A stretch of 64,000 bases of DNA from Leucoraja erinacea (taxonomy: Eukaryota). A model generated the notes under the pieces. That model ran no database searches. It saw only the letters and a list, made by a program, of their open reading frames with translations, and was not told where the DNA came from. A program made the translations under genes and the position numbers. Shown here in pieces: positions 22,241 to 34,900 of this stretch. The stretch spans positions 15,252,001 to 15,316,000 of the forward strand of contig NC_073406.1 of NCBI RefSeq assembly GCF_028641065.1, given 5' to 3'. Position 1 is the stretch's first letter. Every line of letters starts with the position of its first letter.

Positions 22241-23569
22241 TTTTTCTTTGCTGCCATACCTGTTCATGTGCATCAGATGTTTGAAACCTACAGAAAGATA
22301 ATGAAAAAATAGCACAGTGTAAAGTTTAATAAAATAAAAGTAGACTTAATTGATCATTATGTGGTTACAAAACACCTGGACATTCATGGCACTCCAGCTA
22401 AAGTTAATGGGTTTTAAAAGATAAAGTGCTTCATTCTGATAATTACCTTTGGTGAGGTATTTAGAAATGCTGCTCCAAACCTTAACCTTAACCTATCTTG
22501 AGTCCTGCACTAAACATAACCTTAGAATGAATCTCTATTCAGTTGAAGGATAAGACAATGAGAAAATATGAAGTCTAATAAAGACGTGGATTTGGGCAAT
22601 GGTAACGATGATGAGGGCTAGATCACAGTGGCTGCATAGAGTGAAACCGAATCTCCTAACTCGCTCAGTGAGCTAAAGAGGGATGATTATCCCACTGCCC
22701 ACACACTGACGCCCTGACCCAAATGCAAGAAGTACTTTTGCTCCATATTTCAGGTAGTTTTGCTGCAATTTCATTAAATGAACACAGTGGAGTGGGATTA
22801 AGCAGGAGGCAGACATTAAATATTTAATTCCACTTGTGAATTCGTCTCCTTGACTTTTTCTGCAGTTCTACGTGCTCTAAGAAAGTTTGGGAAACTTACT
22901 GACTAGTAAGTCTTTGTTTAAAAGTCTGTCCTTTTGCTTAAGGTAAAGAAGTACAATGTAATTCCATATTCACATTTCAAGTGCAGAAGCTGCACTCGGG
23001 GTCAGATATTATCACATTAGGTCTTGATTCCATCCTGGACGTTGATGTCTGCAGGAAAAGGATGGCATGAAGCAATCAACATTCTGCTTGTTGACCCAGC
23101 CTCACACACTGCCCACGTTTCTATATGACAAACACATCAACATTTTCAAGTAATTTTCGCTTCTTCTCTTCCAAACTATGAGCAAATTAAAACCAAATTA
23201 CAGAACCTGTTTTCAATGAACAGAAATGAACCCTGGCCTTTGCAATGGATAGTTTTATTGTAAGTTCTTTATTTAAATGAGTATTATTCTCATATTTAAT
23301 TTATGACTGGTGGCTGTCAAGCAAAGAACATTGTTGCAAAAACCAAGGCTGGCTAATGCCAATAAGGACATGCTGGTTCTTGTTAAAACACTGAGTTCTA
23401 TTCTGCATTTAACAGGTCTGGGGACATTTTGTTTGTAATCTTATTGGGAATGTGGTAATTTTATCAACAATAATTATTTTTGAACTATTAGAAAGTACTA
23501 GTAGTCACTGTCCAGTAGAATTTTGCATCCCATTGATGTCTTGGAGTTATAACCGCCTATATCCTGTCC

Positions 23570-23995
23570 CGACGGATGCCACCCAGTCCATCATGGGTAC
23601 TGATCTCCCCACCATGGAAGGGAATTATAGGAGGCATTACTTCTAAAAGACAGCCAGCATCGTCAAAGAACTACACCAACCTGGCCACATTCTAATTTCA
23701 TGCCAACCATCGGGAAGAAGGTATAGAAGTCTGAAAACCATGACCACCGGTTTCAAGAATAGTTTCTGCCCAACAATCATCAGATTCTTGAACTAAACAA
23801 CCTCTAACACTACAAAATCACTTGGACTGCCTTCAGTTGCACTAAGGACTTTGGGTGTTTTTGCACTATTATTGAGATCATTAATTATGTTTTTTTTATC
23901 ATGTATTATTTATGAGGATTGTATTTACAGGCCTGTTATTCTGCAACATAATAATTTCATTGTTCCTTTGTCGGTACAATAAAACACTCTTGACT
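23570..23995 (+). mobile_element. Old Rex1/Babar 3' fragment
   Basis: ATQSIMGTDLPTMEG...caccaacctggccac...ccatcgggaagaaggtatagaagtctgaaaacc, ending aataaaacactcttgact. Confidence 0.6.
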
Positions 23996-25860
23996 GGTTG
24001 TAGAACAATGATAATAATATTTGTGCTAAAATGGAAATTATTTGAATAGATTTTACATCTTGGGGAATATTCCTATTCATAACGATGTTGTCTTTGTGTT
24101 TATTGTAAAACCTTATTTCATCCAGGGATTAGAATAGTTGAAATTAGTCTTTCTGCTTCTCGTTACTCTTGGAAAGTATCCAGGAAGTGTGTAACATCAT
24201 GTTGAACCTATCTAACTGTGAACAAGGAATGGGTGTTGTTTCGAGTCACGACCCTTCTTCAGATCTGACCTGACCCAGTCTCGATGTGAAATGTCACCCA
24301 TTCCTTCTCTCCAGAGATGTTGTCTGTGCCGCTGACTTACTCCAGCATTGTCTATCTTCAGTTTAAACCAGCATCTGTAGTTCCTTCCTACATATAACTG
24401 TGAAAATTTCTGATTCCCACTGTGATCAATGAATACGATAAAGTGGGGAGAGATTTGGAATCAAAAACGTTAGTTCATAATAAACTTCAATCGATGAAAG
24501 TAAAGTAGGTTAACATGTACAATTATTGAGTAGGACTTGGCGTAGTTTAATTTATAAAATAATTATACACTATCGCAAGCACTGAGCACCGTGGCAGCAA
24601 TCAGCATCATCTATATGGTGTTTACTGCAGCAACCAACCAAGGCTCCCTTAAAAGCATCTCACATGCCCATAACCTCAATACGGCCTCTTCTGCTTCCCA
24701 GAAGGAGGCAAATGGAAAACCCACCTTCTTCATACTCTGCTACCAGTCGCACACCATCCTACATTGCTGTGATTCATTAGACATGCATTGTCTGTACATC
24801 AACATGGTTGGATTCAACTCCTGGAACTCCATGCCAACCATTAGTGAAGCAGAGGTTTGGCCACAGTTTTAATATTGTATATATTTCTGGGTTCCACACT
24901 TTGATAAGATGTTTTCAAAAGTGAATTTGAATTTGAATCCATAGCCTTTCAAATTTTCTTCCTTTGAGTATTCACTTAAAAGTGAATGGGAAAGACTCTG
25001 TACACTCCCTACCCAACCTCACTACCCAATGAGTATCTTCATCACAAACGACTGCACTGATTCAAGAAGAAGGTGAATGATTATCTTGTCAAGGACAAGT
25101 AGGTATGGAAGTTAAATGGAGGCCTCACCAGTAACACCCTTGTAAAGATTGTCAATTTATAAAGTTAGGATAACTTATTTACTTCTGTCAATATCCCATA
25201 TGCTTTATAATCATGTTATCTAACCATGCTGCTACCTTCAAGTGTCTTGTTCTTCAAGATCCGGCTGTCTCTCATAACTCCACAGGAACATACCTTGCAT
25301 GGAGTGTGCCTTAACCTATGTACTTCCAAAATGCATCACCCCACACTTATTCGGATTAGACTCCTTCTGCCATTTCAAGGCTCATATATCTAATTAGCTA
25401 TCAACATATAGCCTGACTACCCTGTATCACCAACTCCACCAATCTTATTGATTATGCCCCCTACATCCACAACCAAATCATTCACTAATCCCACTCGGCA
25501 GACATTCAATCACAAAAACCCTCTCCCATCACCCTCTGTCTACTCGTGCCAACCCATTTTTCGATCCAACCTATCTGTAAAAAGCTTTCTCAATGACATG
25601 CAGTTCGTGAATACTGACTGTAACATAATAACAAAGGAGTTCAAGAATGTCCTAAATTTAACTTTTCAGAAGAAACGTAATTTCCAACACAAGAGAACTA
25701 CAAGTCAGCAAAGGCACTGACCTAGAGCTCTGAACTGAAAATGAGGAAGATGAAATTTGCTACTAAAAGCTGCAACTCTCATTTCAAGTGAAGCACTAAC
25801 AATCTGCGTCCAATATTCAACGAGGTGGAGTGCAATATAATTTTAATAATTGCATTTTAG

Positions 25861-25921
25861 CTTGGAGTTTGAACTGACGCCTGGGTTCCTGGCACACACG
25901 TGAAAGATGGGATATCCTGAG
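25861..25921 (+). CDS. HVEM-like candidate first coding exon (5' UTR + MGYPE; ATG at 25907)
   Basis: Acceptor gcattttag at 25860, Kozak-like aagATGG and strong donor gag|gtgagt. Phase 0 fits the next exon and completes a signal peptide MGYPEVCCILLLIFNLQLVTS. Confidence 0.55.
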
Positions 25922-28900
25922 GTGAGTTCTTTGGTGCAGTAAACCTCAACAGTTTGTTTCATTACTTTCCTGACTGTAATTGCAGCAGTACTATGATTTG
26001 AATCGGTCTATGTATCATTGTTAAAATTAAATATTTAAATTAAATTAAGAAATGCCATTATATTTGGATGACTTGTCAGGCAACTTTCTCCTGGCTAAGT
26101 ATTAAGAACATCCCATGTCGTGTAACTCTGCCTAGATCAGGTAACAATCCCTCACCATTCTGATAGTAGAACTCAGTAGCAGCTTTGATCAAGATGCTGA
26201 AATGGAGATGCAAGTTGCAGTATAGTGAGGACTGATTGGCTTTTTCAGTTACAGTCCTGTTGTCATATATTCTGCTTCCTTCCCAAAACCTCTGCCCTTT
26301 TCTAATTTCAGTTCATTCTTCTAATTATATTACACGCATCTCTTTGACATGCTCAGAATTTGTCATTTCACTTATGCAGTCTGATTTATACGGATTTATG
26401 GAACATCTCTGCCGCTGCATGATTGTGAAATTTTCAATCAACCTCTTAAATGGTTAAAGATTCAATTGTTATATCTACAGTTTCATAACTTCATGCCTAT
26501 TCCTTGCATACACAGAAAGAAATCTAATCATTTCTTTAAATGGAAAGGATTTGTTTAACTACAGATGGTGATAAAGTGGAATGCTTTAGAAATGCAGGAA
26601 GGCAGAAAAATGGCAAATGGAATATATTGCAGGGAAGTGATGGAGAAGGCAATGGAAGGTTCCCTACAGATCCCCAGATAACAGGACAACACAATAAGAT
26701 AGTTAAAATGGTACATGGGATGTTTTGCTTTGTCAGTCAAAGCAAAGAATATAAGAAGAAGGGTCTGAAGAAGGGTTTCGGCCCGAAACGTTGCCTATTT
26801 CCTTCGCTCCATAGATGCTGCTGCACCCGCTGAGTTTCTCCAGCATTTTTGTGTACCTTCGATTTTCCAGCATCTGCAGTTCCTTCTTAAACAAAGAATA
26901 TTCTTAAGAAGAAGGGTCTGAAGAGGGGGTTTCTACAAGGACCCGAACAGACGTTTTTACCCCATTATCCTTCGCCGCCAAGGAACGAGGGGCTACAGCT
27001 AAGGGACTGTGGTACCCGACTGGAGGGTTTGTGCTCCGTGAGCTTTATTTTTTACCGTGTACTTTCGATTTTACAGTATCTGCAGTTCCTTCTTAAACAA
27101 AGAATATAAGAGTTCGGAAGTGTGCATAAAATCCTGGTCACCATATTACAGGAGAAATGCAATTTCACTGGAGGAAAGTTACAAAAATCATGCTGGGTCT
27201 GTAAAGTTGTAGCTATGGGGAAAGATTGGATAAGAAAATAGAGGCACAAGGAACCGCAGATGCTGGAATTGTGAGCAAAACACAAAGTGCTGGAGTAACT
27301 CAGTGGGTAAGGCAGCATCTGTGGAAGGAATAGACAGGTGATGTTTCTTGTTGAGAATTTTCTTCAGTCTGAAGTAACTCCAGCACTTTGGGTTGTTTGA
27401 TAAGCAAGTGTTGCTTTCTATAGAATAGCTGAAGGGAAACTTAATTAAGCTATAGAAAATGACGAGGGGCTTAGATATGGTGAATAGAGAAGACCCACTT
27501 CCCTAAGCAGAGGGGGTCATAAACCAAGGGCTGAGAATTGTTAAAGGATTAGAAGTGGGTCGAGGAAAACATATTTCACTGAAAATAGCATATAACATTC
27601 ACCTCCTTAAAAGGCTTTAGAGACAGAGGGCCTCCTCAGATTCAAGCAGTACTGGATGTGTACTTAAAGCTGCAAACGTAGTGTTGGAAAATGGGATAAG
27701 ATTGGGGAGTTTTTTTTGAACGACCAAGACATTATGGGCTAAAAGAGATGTCCACATGATGGATTCCTCTGAGTCTCAAGTTTACCATGATTCTAACATA
27801 ATTTGAATATTGCTCAACTTAAAATCTTTTACATCTTATGCAATATATTTTACAACTCTTCCATCATGCTTGTTCAACAAATTTACAATTGCTGTAAATA
27901 TTTTTTAGGTTGACAGAGCTAATATGCAAAAAGCCCTTTACATTAATAGCATATTTAGTGAGCACAAGAGGGGGAGGGGCTAAGAAACAAAACAGCTGGC
28001 ATTTTAGCACCATCCATAACTAGTGATTGTCCAAAGCTCTTTTAACATAGAAATGTACAGCACAGGAACAGGCCCTTCAGCACATAATGTCCATAATGAG
28101 CATGATGCCAGGTTAAACTAATCTTCTCTGCGTGCTTGCACATTATTATTGTATTACTGCCACCAGGCATTATTGCTATTTCTATCTCAATGGTTTGAAT
28201 GTACATTTGACAAATTAATTTTACTGACCATTTTAGCTGTAGTTTTCATAACAAAGTTTAATATTAACCTAAATTATCATCAATTGTTGTGGACTTAGTG
28301 GGCCAAAGACCCTCTTTCTGTGTGGTGCAACTCTGGCTTCTTAGATAGACACAAAATGCTGGAGTAACTCAGTGGGACATGCAGCATTTCTGGAATGACG
28401 TTTCAAGTCAAGACCCTTCTTCAGACTGAGAGTCAGGGGAGAGGGAGTCTAGAGATATGAAGGGGTAAGGTGTGGAACAACATATCAAAGCAGACGTTAA
28501 GGAAATGTAGAATGGTTCATTGTTAACTGAATGGTGACAAGGAGGCATATAATCAGTAAAATTAATCAGTACCGTGAAACTAGTCGGAGAACTAGGGTGA
28601 GCTTCTTGGAGTTGACATGTCAACATTGACTACCGTATGTACAACTTTACTTCAGTAACTAGACCACTCTTACTTGATTATAACTTAAAGTACTTTCAGA
28701 TGCCTTGAGATTGTGGAAGGTGCTGAATAAATGCAGGAATTTCTTTCTACAGTCCAGCTTTACGCAGTCTTCTTTTGATAAAGTAACAGTGGCAAATTGT
28801 TATTTGATGAGTGGAAATGTACAACGCAATAAAATCCAAAAGGAATAATTTTGGGCTAAGTCAAACTCTACAAGGTCAGCACACAAACATAGGTCCACTG

Positions 28901-31900
28901 ATTGCTGTACATAAAAAAATTTGCATCATAAATCAGCATCCTGTATTTAGCAAGCTCCTCTTCCCTTTCTTCAGCCAGACAATGTGGACAGTTATGGTAT
29001 GTTGTTTCTGGATACTAACCCACATTGAACAAAAATTGTTAAGGAACATAATTGGCAACTAGTTTTAAATCTGAAATGTCAACACAATGACTGTCAGTTA
29101 TATGTAAAAATGTAAAGAATTCTGCCATCATTTAATATTTACTACTGATGCTAAATTGTCCCACTGTGCACTATCCTCCAACTACGCTTTCATTCCAATA
29201 ACAAATGTCAGGAGCTCATGGTCTTTATCACATACCTTAAAGCCATCTACTCTGCTGCTTCCCTTCCCTTGATACTGAGCCTAACCTTTTCCAATGTTCC
29301 TCACAGCCCTGCCCTGAACTTCCTTCTTTGCCTAATGTCTTAGGGACTCAGCAACTCCTGATCCTACAAACCTTTTTGCTGATCATTTGGTTCCTCTTTC
29401 TACCCTCCTTGGTCCTGTCCCACTTAGGTGACTCTTTAGGCCAGGGGTCGGCAACCTATGGCCCCCGGGTCGAATGTGGCCCGTAACCTGAAATCATCCG
29501 CTGACGCTGCTCTGAGACCAGTCTGAAGAAGGGTCTCGACCCAAAACGTCGCCTATTACATCACTCCATAGATACCGCCTCACCCGCTAAGTTTCTCCAG
29601 CTTTTTTGTCTACCGTCTTTTCCAGCATCTGCAGTTATTTCGTAAACACACTGTCGGGATTGGGTTGTCAATAGGCCAGGGATGAGTGAGTATGAGTATT
29701 TGAGAAACCACCTTCAGGACAGAGTAGGTGCACCATGTTCATGAGCGCCCGTAACCATCTTTGCCCGTAACTAGGGGCCGGTTCCCCCGGGTGGCGTCCT
29801 CGAATGGGCGGGATCTATGTGAACACGGGATTTGATGCTTGCCATGCGGGGGCGGGATGGAGGCGGAATCCATGTGTACACGTGATAGATGTGGCCCGCC
29901 ATCCGCACACAGACATACATCCCGGCCCCTATGCAGAACATGGTTGTTGACCCCTAGGCGACTGCCAGAGACTAGTTTTAATGGAATTCACCTACGACAA
30001 CCTACGACAGCAAATATTGTCACACTGTCGCCGAAAATTTTTAACGGCAGTCGTCTATAGTCGCCCAAAAAAATCGCCTAAGTGCGACAGGGTCACAAAC
30101 TTTGTTCCCCAGACTATTCCTCACCCTTGTGAGTATATGAATCTGAAGAGGTTTGTTCACATACCATCCAATTCTGACTGAGTTGCAATTTGTTCCACTT
30201 ATGGGCCTGTCCCACTTTGGGGATTTTTCAGGTGTCTACCGACGACTGTCAAGTTGCCGGCAGTCGCCTGAAACAACGGCAACTGGAACAGCGACTGTCA
30301 GAGTGGAGCACACACACACACACAAACACATCGCAAAGGTGGGGGATAGGGCCAGCGGGGGGAGCGCTGTCTGAGCAAAGCCAAGGTGATACAGACACAC
30401 ACCACGATGAACAGAAGGTTGGCGCTGTAATTAAGACGGCTGAAGCACAGTGTACGGTAAGTCCTTTAAAAGAGGGGGGGGGGTAAGAAGGGGGGAGAAG
30501 GAGTGGAGACAGAAGGCAGACAACTTTTATTAAGCCAGAGATACATGGCTGTGAAGCTCGGCGGACATTTAACATTATCGGTCGGTTATCCTTGATTCTG
30601 AAAACTCGTCGATAGCAAAAACAAATCTTCCATTCGTTACTTCTTGATTAATTGGTCTTTAATTGAAGAAATACAAAACAAATAAATAATTCATAACTTT
30701 TCGTTCTTACTGTTTATTCCATGTGGCGTCTTGCGAACATGAACGTGGACGTGGTAAAAAACTGTTGTCCTCACCATCCCTCTACTAAAAATTAAAACTA
30801 AACTAAAAAACTAAAACTAAAATACTTCCAATCTATGAGTCTGTGCTAGCCTCCACAAATGTAGACATGCCCATCTACGTATATAATCCAACCCACAAGC
30901 TAGGAAAAAGGTCCAGAAATACTAACAGTAACTAACCTAAGCATTAATGGCTCCTACAATGTATTTTAAATGATGTCAATGTACTAATCTCAACTACTTC
31001 CTCTGGCAGCTCGTTCCCTCTGCATGAAAAGATTATCCTTCAGTTTCCTATTAAATTTTTCCCTTCTCAAACCTTTGCCTTCCAGTTCATGATTCCACTA
31101 CCTTGTGAAAAAAGACTATGTATTCACCCTATCCATTCGCCCCATGATTTAATACACCCCTTTATGATCACCCCTCCACTTCAGGGCCATGAGTGTGGGA
31201 GGGCTGTGAGAGTGTTTTTGTTAAACTATTCTTCTTTCTATTTAGGTTTGTTGCATTCTATTATTGATTTTTAACTTGCAACTGGTGACAAGCTGTGGCT
31301 CAGATGAATATAATTTTCAAGACCTGTGTTGCTCCATGTGTCAGCCAGGTAAGTGACAACCTTTGCAAATGAATGTTGCACTGCAAACTTCTTACTCTTA
31401 AGCTGTTTAAAAAGTGGATAAGCTATAGTTTTTCTAATACAATTTAATTACATATTTCCCCTTTCAAGCTTTAGCTAAAGTAGTGTTTTTGCACAGATTA
31501 GCATTTCAATATGGGTGCTTTGAAAACAATAAGGTAGAATGATGAAAAGTCCTGGTTTAAAGAATGCCACAACACTGCAACACTAAATCAGACCAAGTAA
31601 GGCTATTATAAAATGCTAACTGCTGGAAGTTTAAAGAAACAATAGAAAATGCTATAAATGCTTAGATGGTCAAGCAGCATATTTAGAGTTGATATAGATT
31701 TAATTTTTGCAGTGGCATCAAATGAATATTTCTCCACAGATGTTGTCTGACTTACTGAGTCTTTCAAGTAATGCGCCAGCATTTTTCTTCTTCTTTTCAT
31801 TACAGGTACACGTGTCTTAAAACACTGCACTGCCACATTAGAGACTATGTGCATTTCCTGTACTCATGGAACTTACATGGATCGTTCAAATGGTTTAGAA

Positions 31901-34900
31901 AAATGCATGAAGTGTAAATATTGTGATGCAGGTAAATATTCATTAACAATTCTTTTATCATGTTTTAATTCAAATGCATTCCCACAAAAGTTCTGTCCGA
32001 CGGTTCGAAGGAATATCTATTTGAATAAAATAAATTATTCATCCAGTCTTTAAAGTTTATTCCTCAACTACTTTGCATGTTTTAGAAAATTTTAACGATC
32101 ATATAGCTGAATGTTTTATAGACGGCAATGGGATGGCAGAGAATATGTAGATTTAGCTTGGCATGTTCAACACGCAGAAATCAAGTTACTGTTAAATTTT
32201 GTTGTTTACAATTGTATGAAATTAGTGTATAGGGTTCTACAGCACAGAAACAGCCCATTTGGCCCATCGCATGCATGCTGACCTTATTGCCCATCTATAT
32301 TAATAACATTTGTCTGCATTAGATCAGATTCAGATTCAATTTTAATTGTCATTGTCAGTGTACAGTACAGAGACAACGAAATGCATTTAGCATCTCCATT
32401 GAAGAGCGACATAGCAAACGATTTGAATAAATAATAATAAGTGTCCGGGGGGGGGGGGGGGGGTGGGTGATTGGCAGTCACCGAGGTACGTTGTTGAGTA
32501 GAGTGACAGCCGCCGGAAAGAAGCTGTTCCTCGACCTGCTGGTTCGGCAACGGAGAGACCTGTAGCGCCTCCCGGATGGTAGGAGGGTAAACAGTCCATG
32601 ATTGGGGTGAGAGCAGTCCTTGGCGATGCTGAGTGCCCTCCGCAGACAGCGCTTGCTTTGGACAGACTCAATGGAGGGGAGCGAGGAACCGGTGATGCGT
32701 TGGGCAATTTTCACCACCCTCTGCAATGCCTTCCGGTCGGAGACAGAGCAGTTGCCATACCATACCGTGATGCAGTTGGTAAGGATGCTCTCGATGGTGC
32801 AGCGGTAGAAGTTCAGGACCATATACTTCCATGCTTTGACTATTCAAGTGCCTATCTAAATGTCTCTCAAAAGTAGTAATTGTTTCTAATTGCATCACTT
32901 CCTCCGGTAACAAGTTCTAGTATCTGTCGAGTGACATGAGAAGTCCATGTTTTGGGTTGGGACCCTTCCTATAAATTGAAAAAGTAGAGAGAAGTGTCCA
33001 GTAGAAAGCGATGTTGGGTGGGAGTGGGTCAAGTGCAACCGAGTGATAAAAAAGCAAAAAAGCAGAATGAAACTGCTAGATTCCAGTATCCACAGTCTCC
33101 TGGCACCACCACATGTAATAAGGGAACTCAAGGTAAGCGAACTGCGAGGAGGTGGTGACCATAATATGATAAGTTTTAATTTGCCATTTGAGAGGGAGGT
33201 TAAATCAGAAGTGTCAGTGTTGCAGTTGAACAAAGGGGACTATGAAGGCACGAGGGAGCAGCTTTCCAAGGTCGACTGGAAAAGGACCCCAGCAGGAATG
33301 ACGGTGGAACAGCAATGGCAGGAATTTTGGGGCATAATCCAGAAGATGCAGGATCATTTCATTCCAACGAGGAAGAAAGATTCTAAGGGGAGTAAGAGGC
33401 AATCGTGGCTGACAAGGGAAGTTAAGGATGGAATAAAATTATAAGAAAAGGTGTATAACATAGCAAAAAGTAGTGGCAAGCCAGAGGATTGGGAAATTTT
33501 CAAATGACAATAGAAGGTAACAAAAAGGGCAATACAGGGTGAAAAGATGAAGTACGAGGGTAAGCTGACCAAGAATATAAAGAAGAATAGTAAAAGCTTC
33601 TTTAGGTATGTTAAAAGAAAAAAATTAGTAAAGACAAATGTGGATCCCTTGAAGGCAGAAACAGGTGAAATTATTATGGGGAACAAGGAAATGGCAGAAG
33701 AGTTGAACAGGTACTTTGGTTCTGTCTTCACTTAGGAATTCACAAACAATCTCCCAGATGTACTCGAGGACAGAGAATCTAGGGAGTCAGAGGAACTGAA
33801 GAAATTTGCATTAGACGAGAAATAGTATTGGGTAGACTGATGGGACTAAAGGCTGATAAATCCCCAGGGCCTGATGGTCTACATCCGTGTACTCAAGGAG
33901 GTGGCTCTAGAAATTGTGTACGCATTGGTGATCATTTTCCAATGTTCTATAGATTCAGGAACAGTTCCTGTGGATTGGAGGATAGCTAATGTTATCCCAC
34001 TTTTCAAGAAAAGAGCGAGAGAGAAAACGGGAAATGATAGACCAGTTAGCCTGACATCGGTGGTGGGGAAGATGCTGGAGTCAATTATGAAAGAAGTAAT
34101 AACGGTGTATTTGGATAGCAGTAAAAGGATTGGTCCAAGTCAGCAAGGATTTATGAAGGGGAAATCCTGCTTGACTAATCTTCTGGAATTTTTTGAGGAT
34201 GTGACAGGTAAAATGGTTGAAGGAGAGCCAGTGGATGTAGTGTATCTGGACTTTCAGAAAGCCTTTGATAAGGTCCAATGCAGGAGATTAGCGGGCAAAA
34301 TTAGACCACATGGTATTGGGGGAAGGGTATTGATATGGATGGGGAATTGGTTGGCAGATAGGAAACAAAGAGTAGGAATAAACGGGTTCCCGTCAGAATG
34401 GCAGGCAGTGGCGAGTGGAGTGCCGTAAGGTTCAGTGCTGGGGCCGCAACATTTTACAATATATATTAATGATTTAGATGATGGGATTAAAAGTAACACT
34501 AGCAAATTTGCAGACACAAAGCTGGGTGGCAGTGTGAACTGTGAGGAGGATGCTATGATAATGCAGGGTGACTTGGACAGGTTGAGTGAGTGGGCAGATG
34601 CATGGCAGATGCAATATAATGTAGATAAATGTGAGGTTATCGACTTTGGTGGCAAGAACAAGGAGGCAAATTATTATCTCAATTATGTCAGATTAGGAAA
34701 AAGGGAAGTGCAACGAGACCTGGGTGTCCTTGTACACCAGTCACTCAAAGAAAACATGCAGGTACAGCAGGCAATGAATAAAGCTAATGGCATTTTGGCC
34801 TTCATAACGACAAGATTTGAGTTTAGGAGTAAAGAGGACCTTCCACAGTTGTACAGGGCCCTGGTGAGACCACATTGTGTGCAGTTTTGGTCTCCTAATT

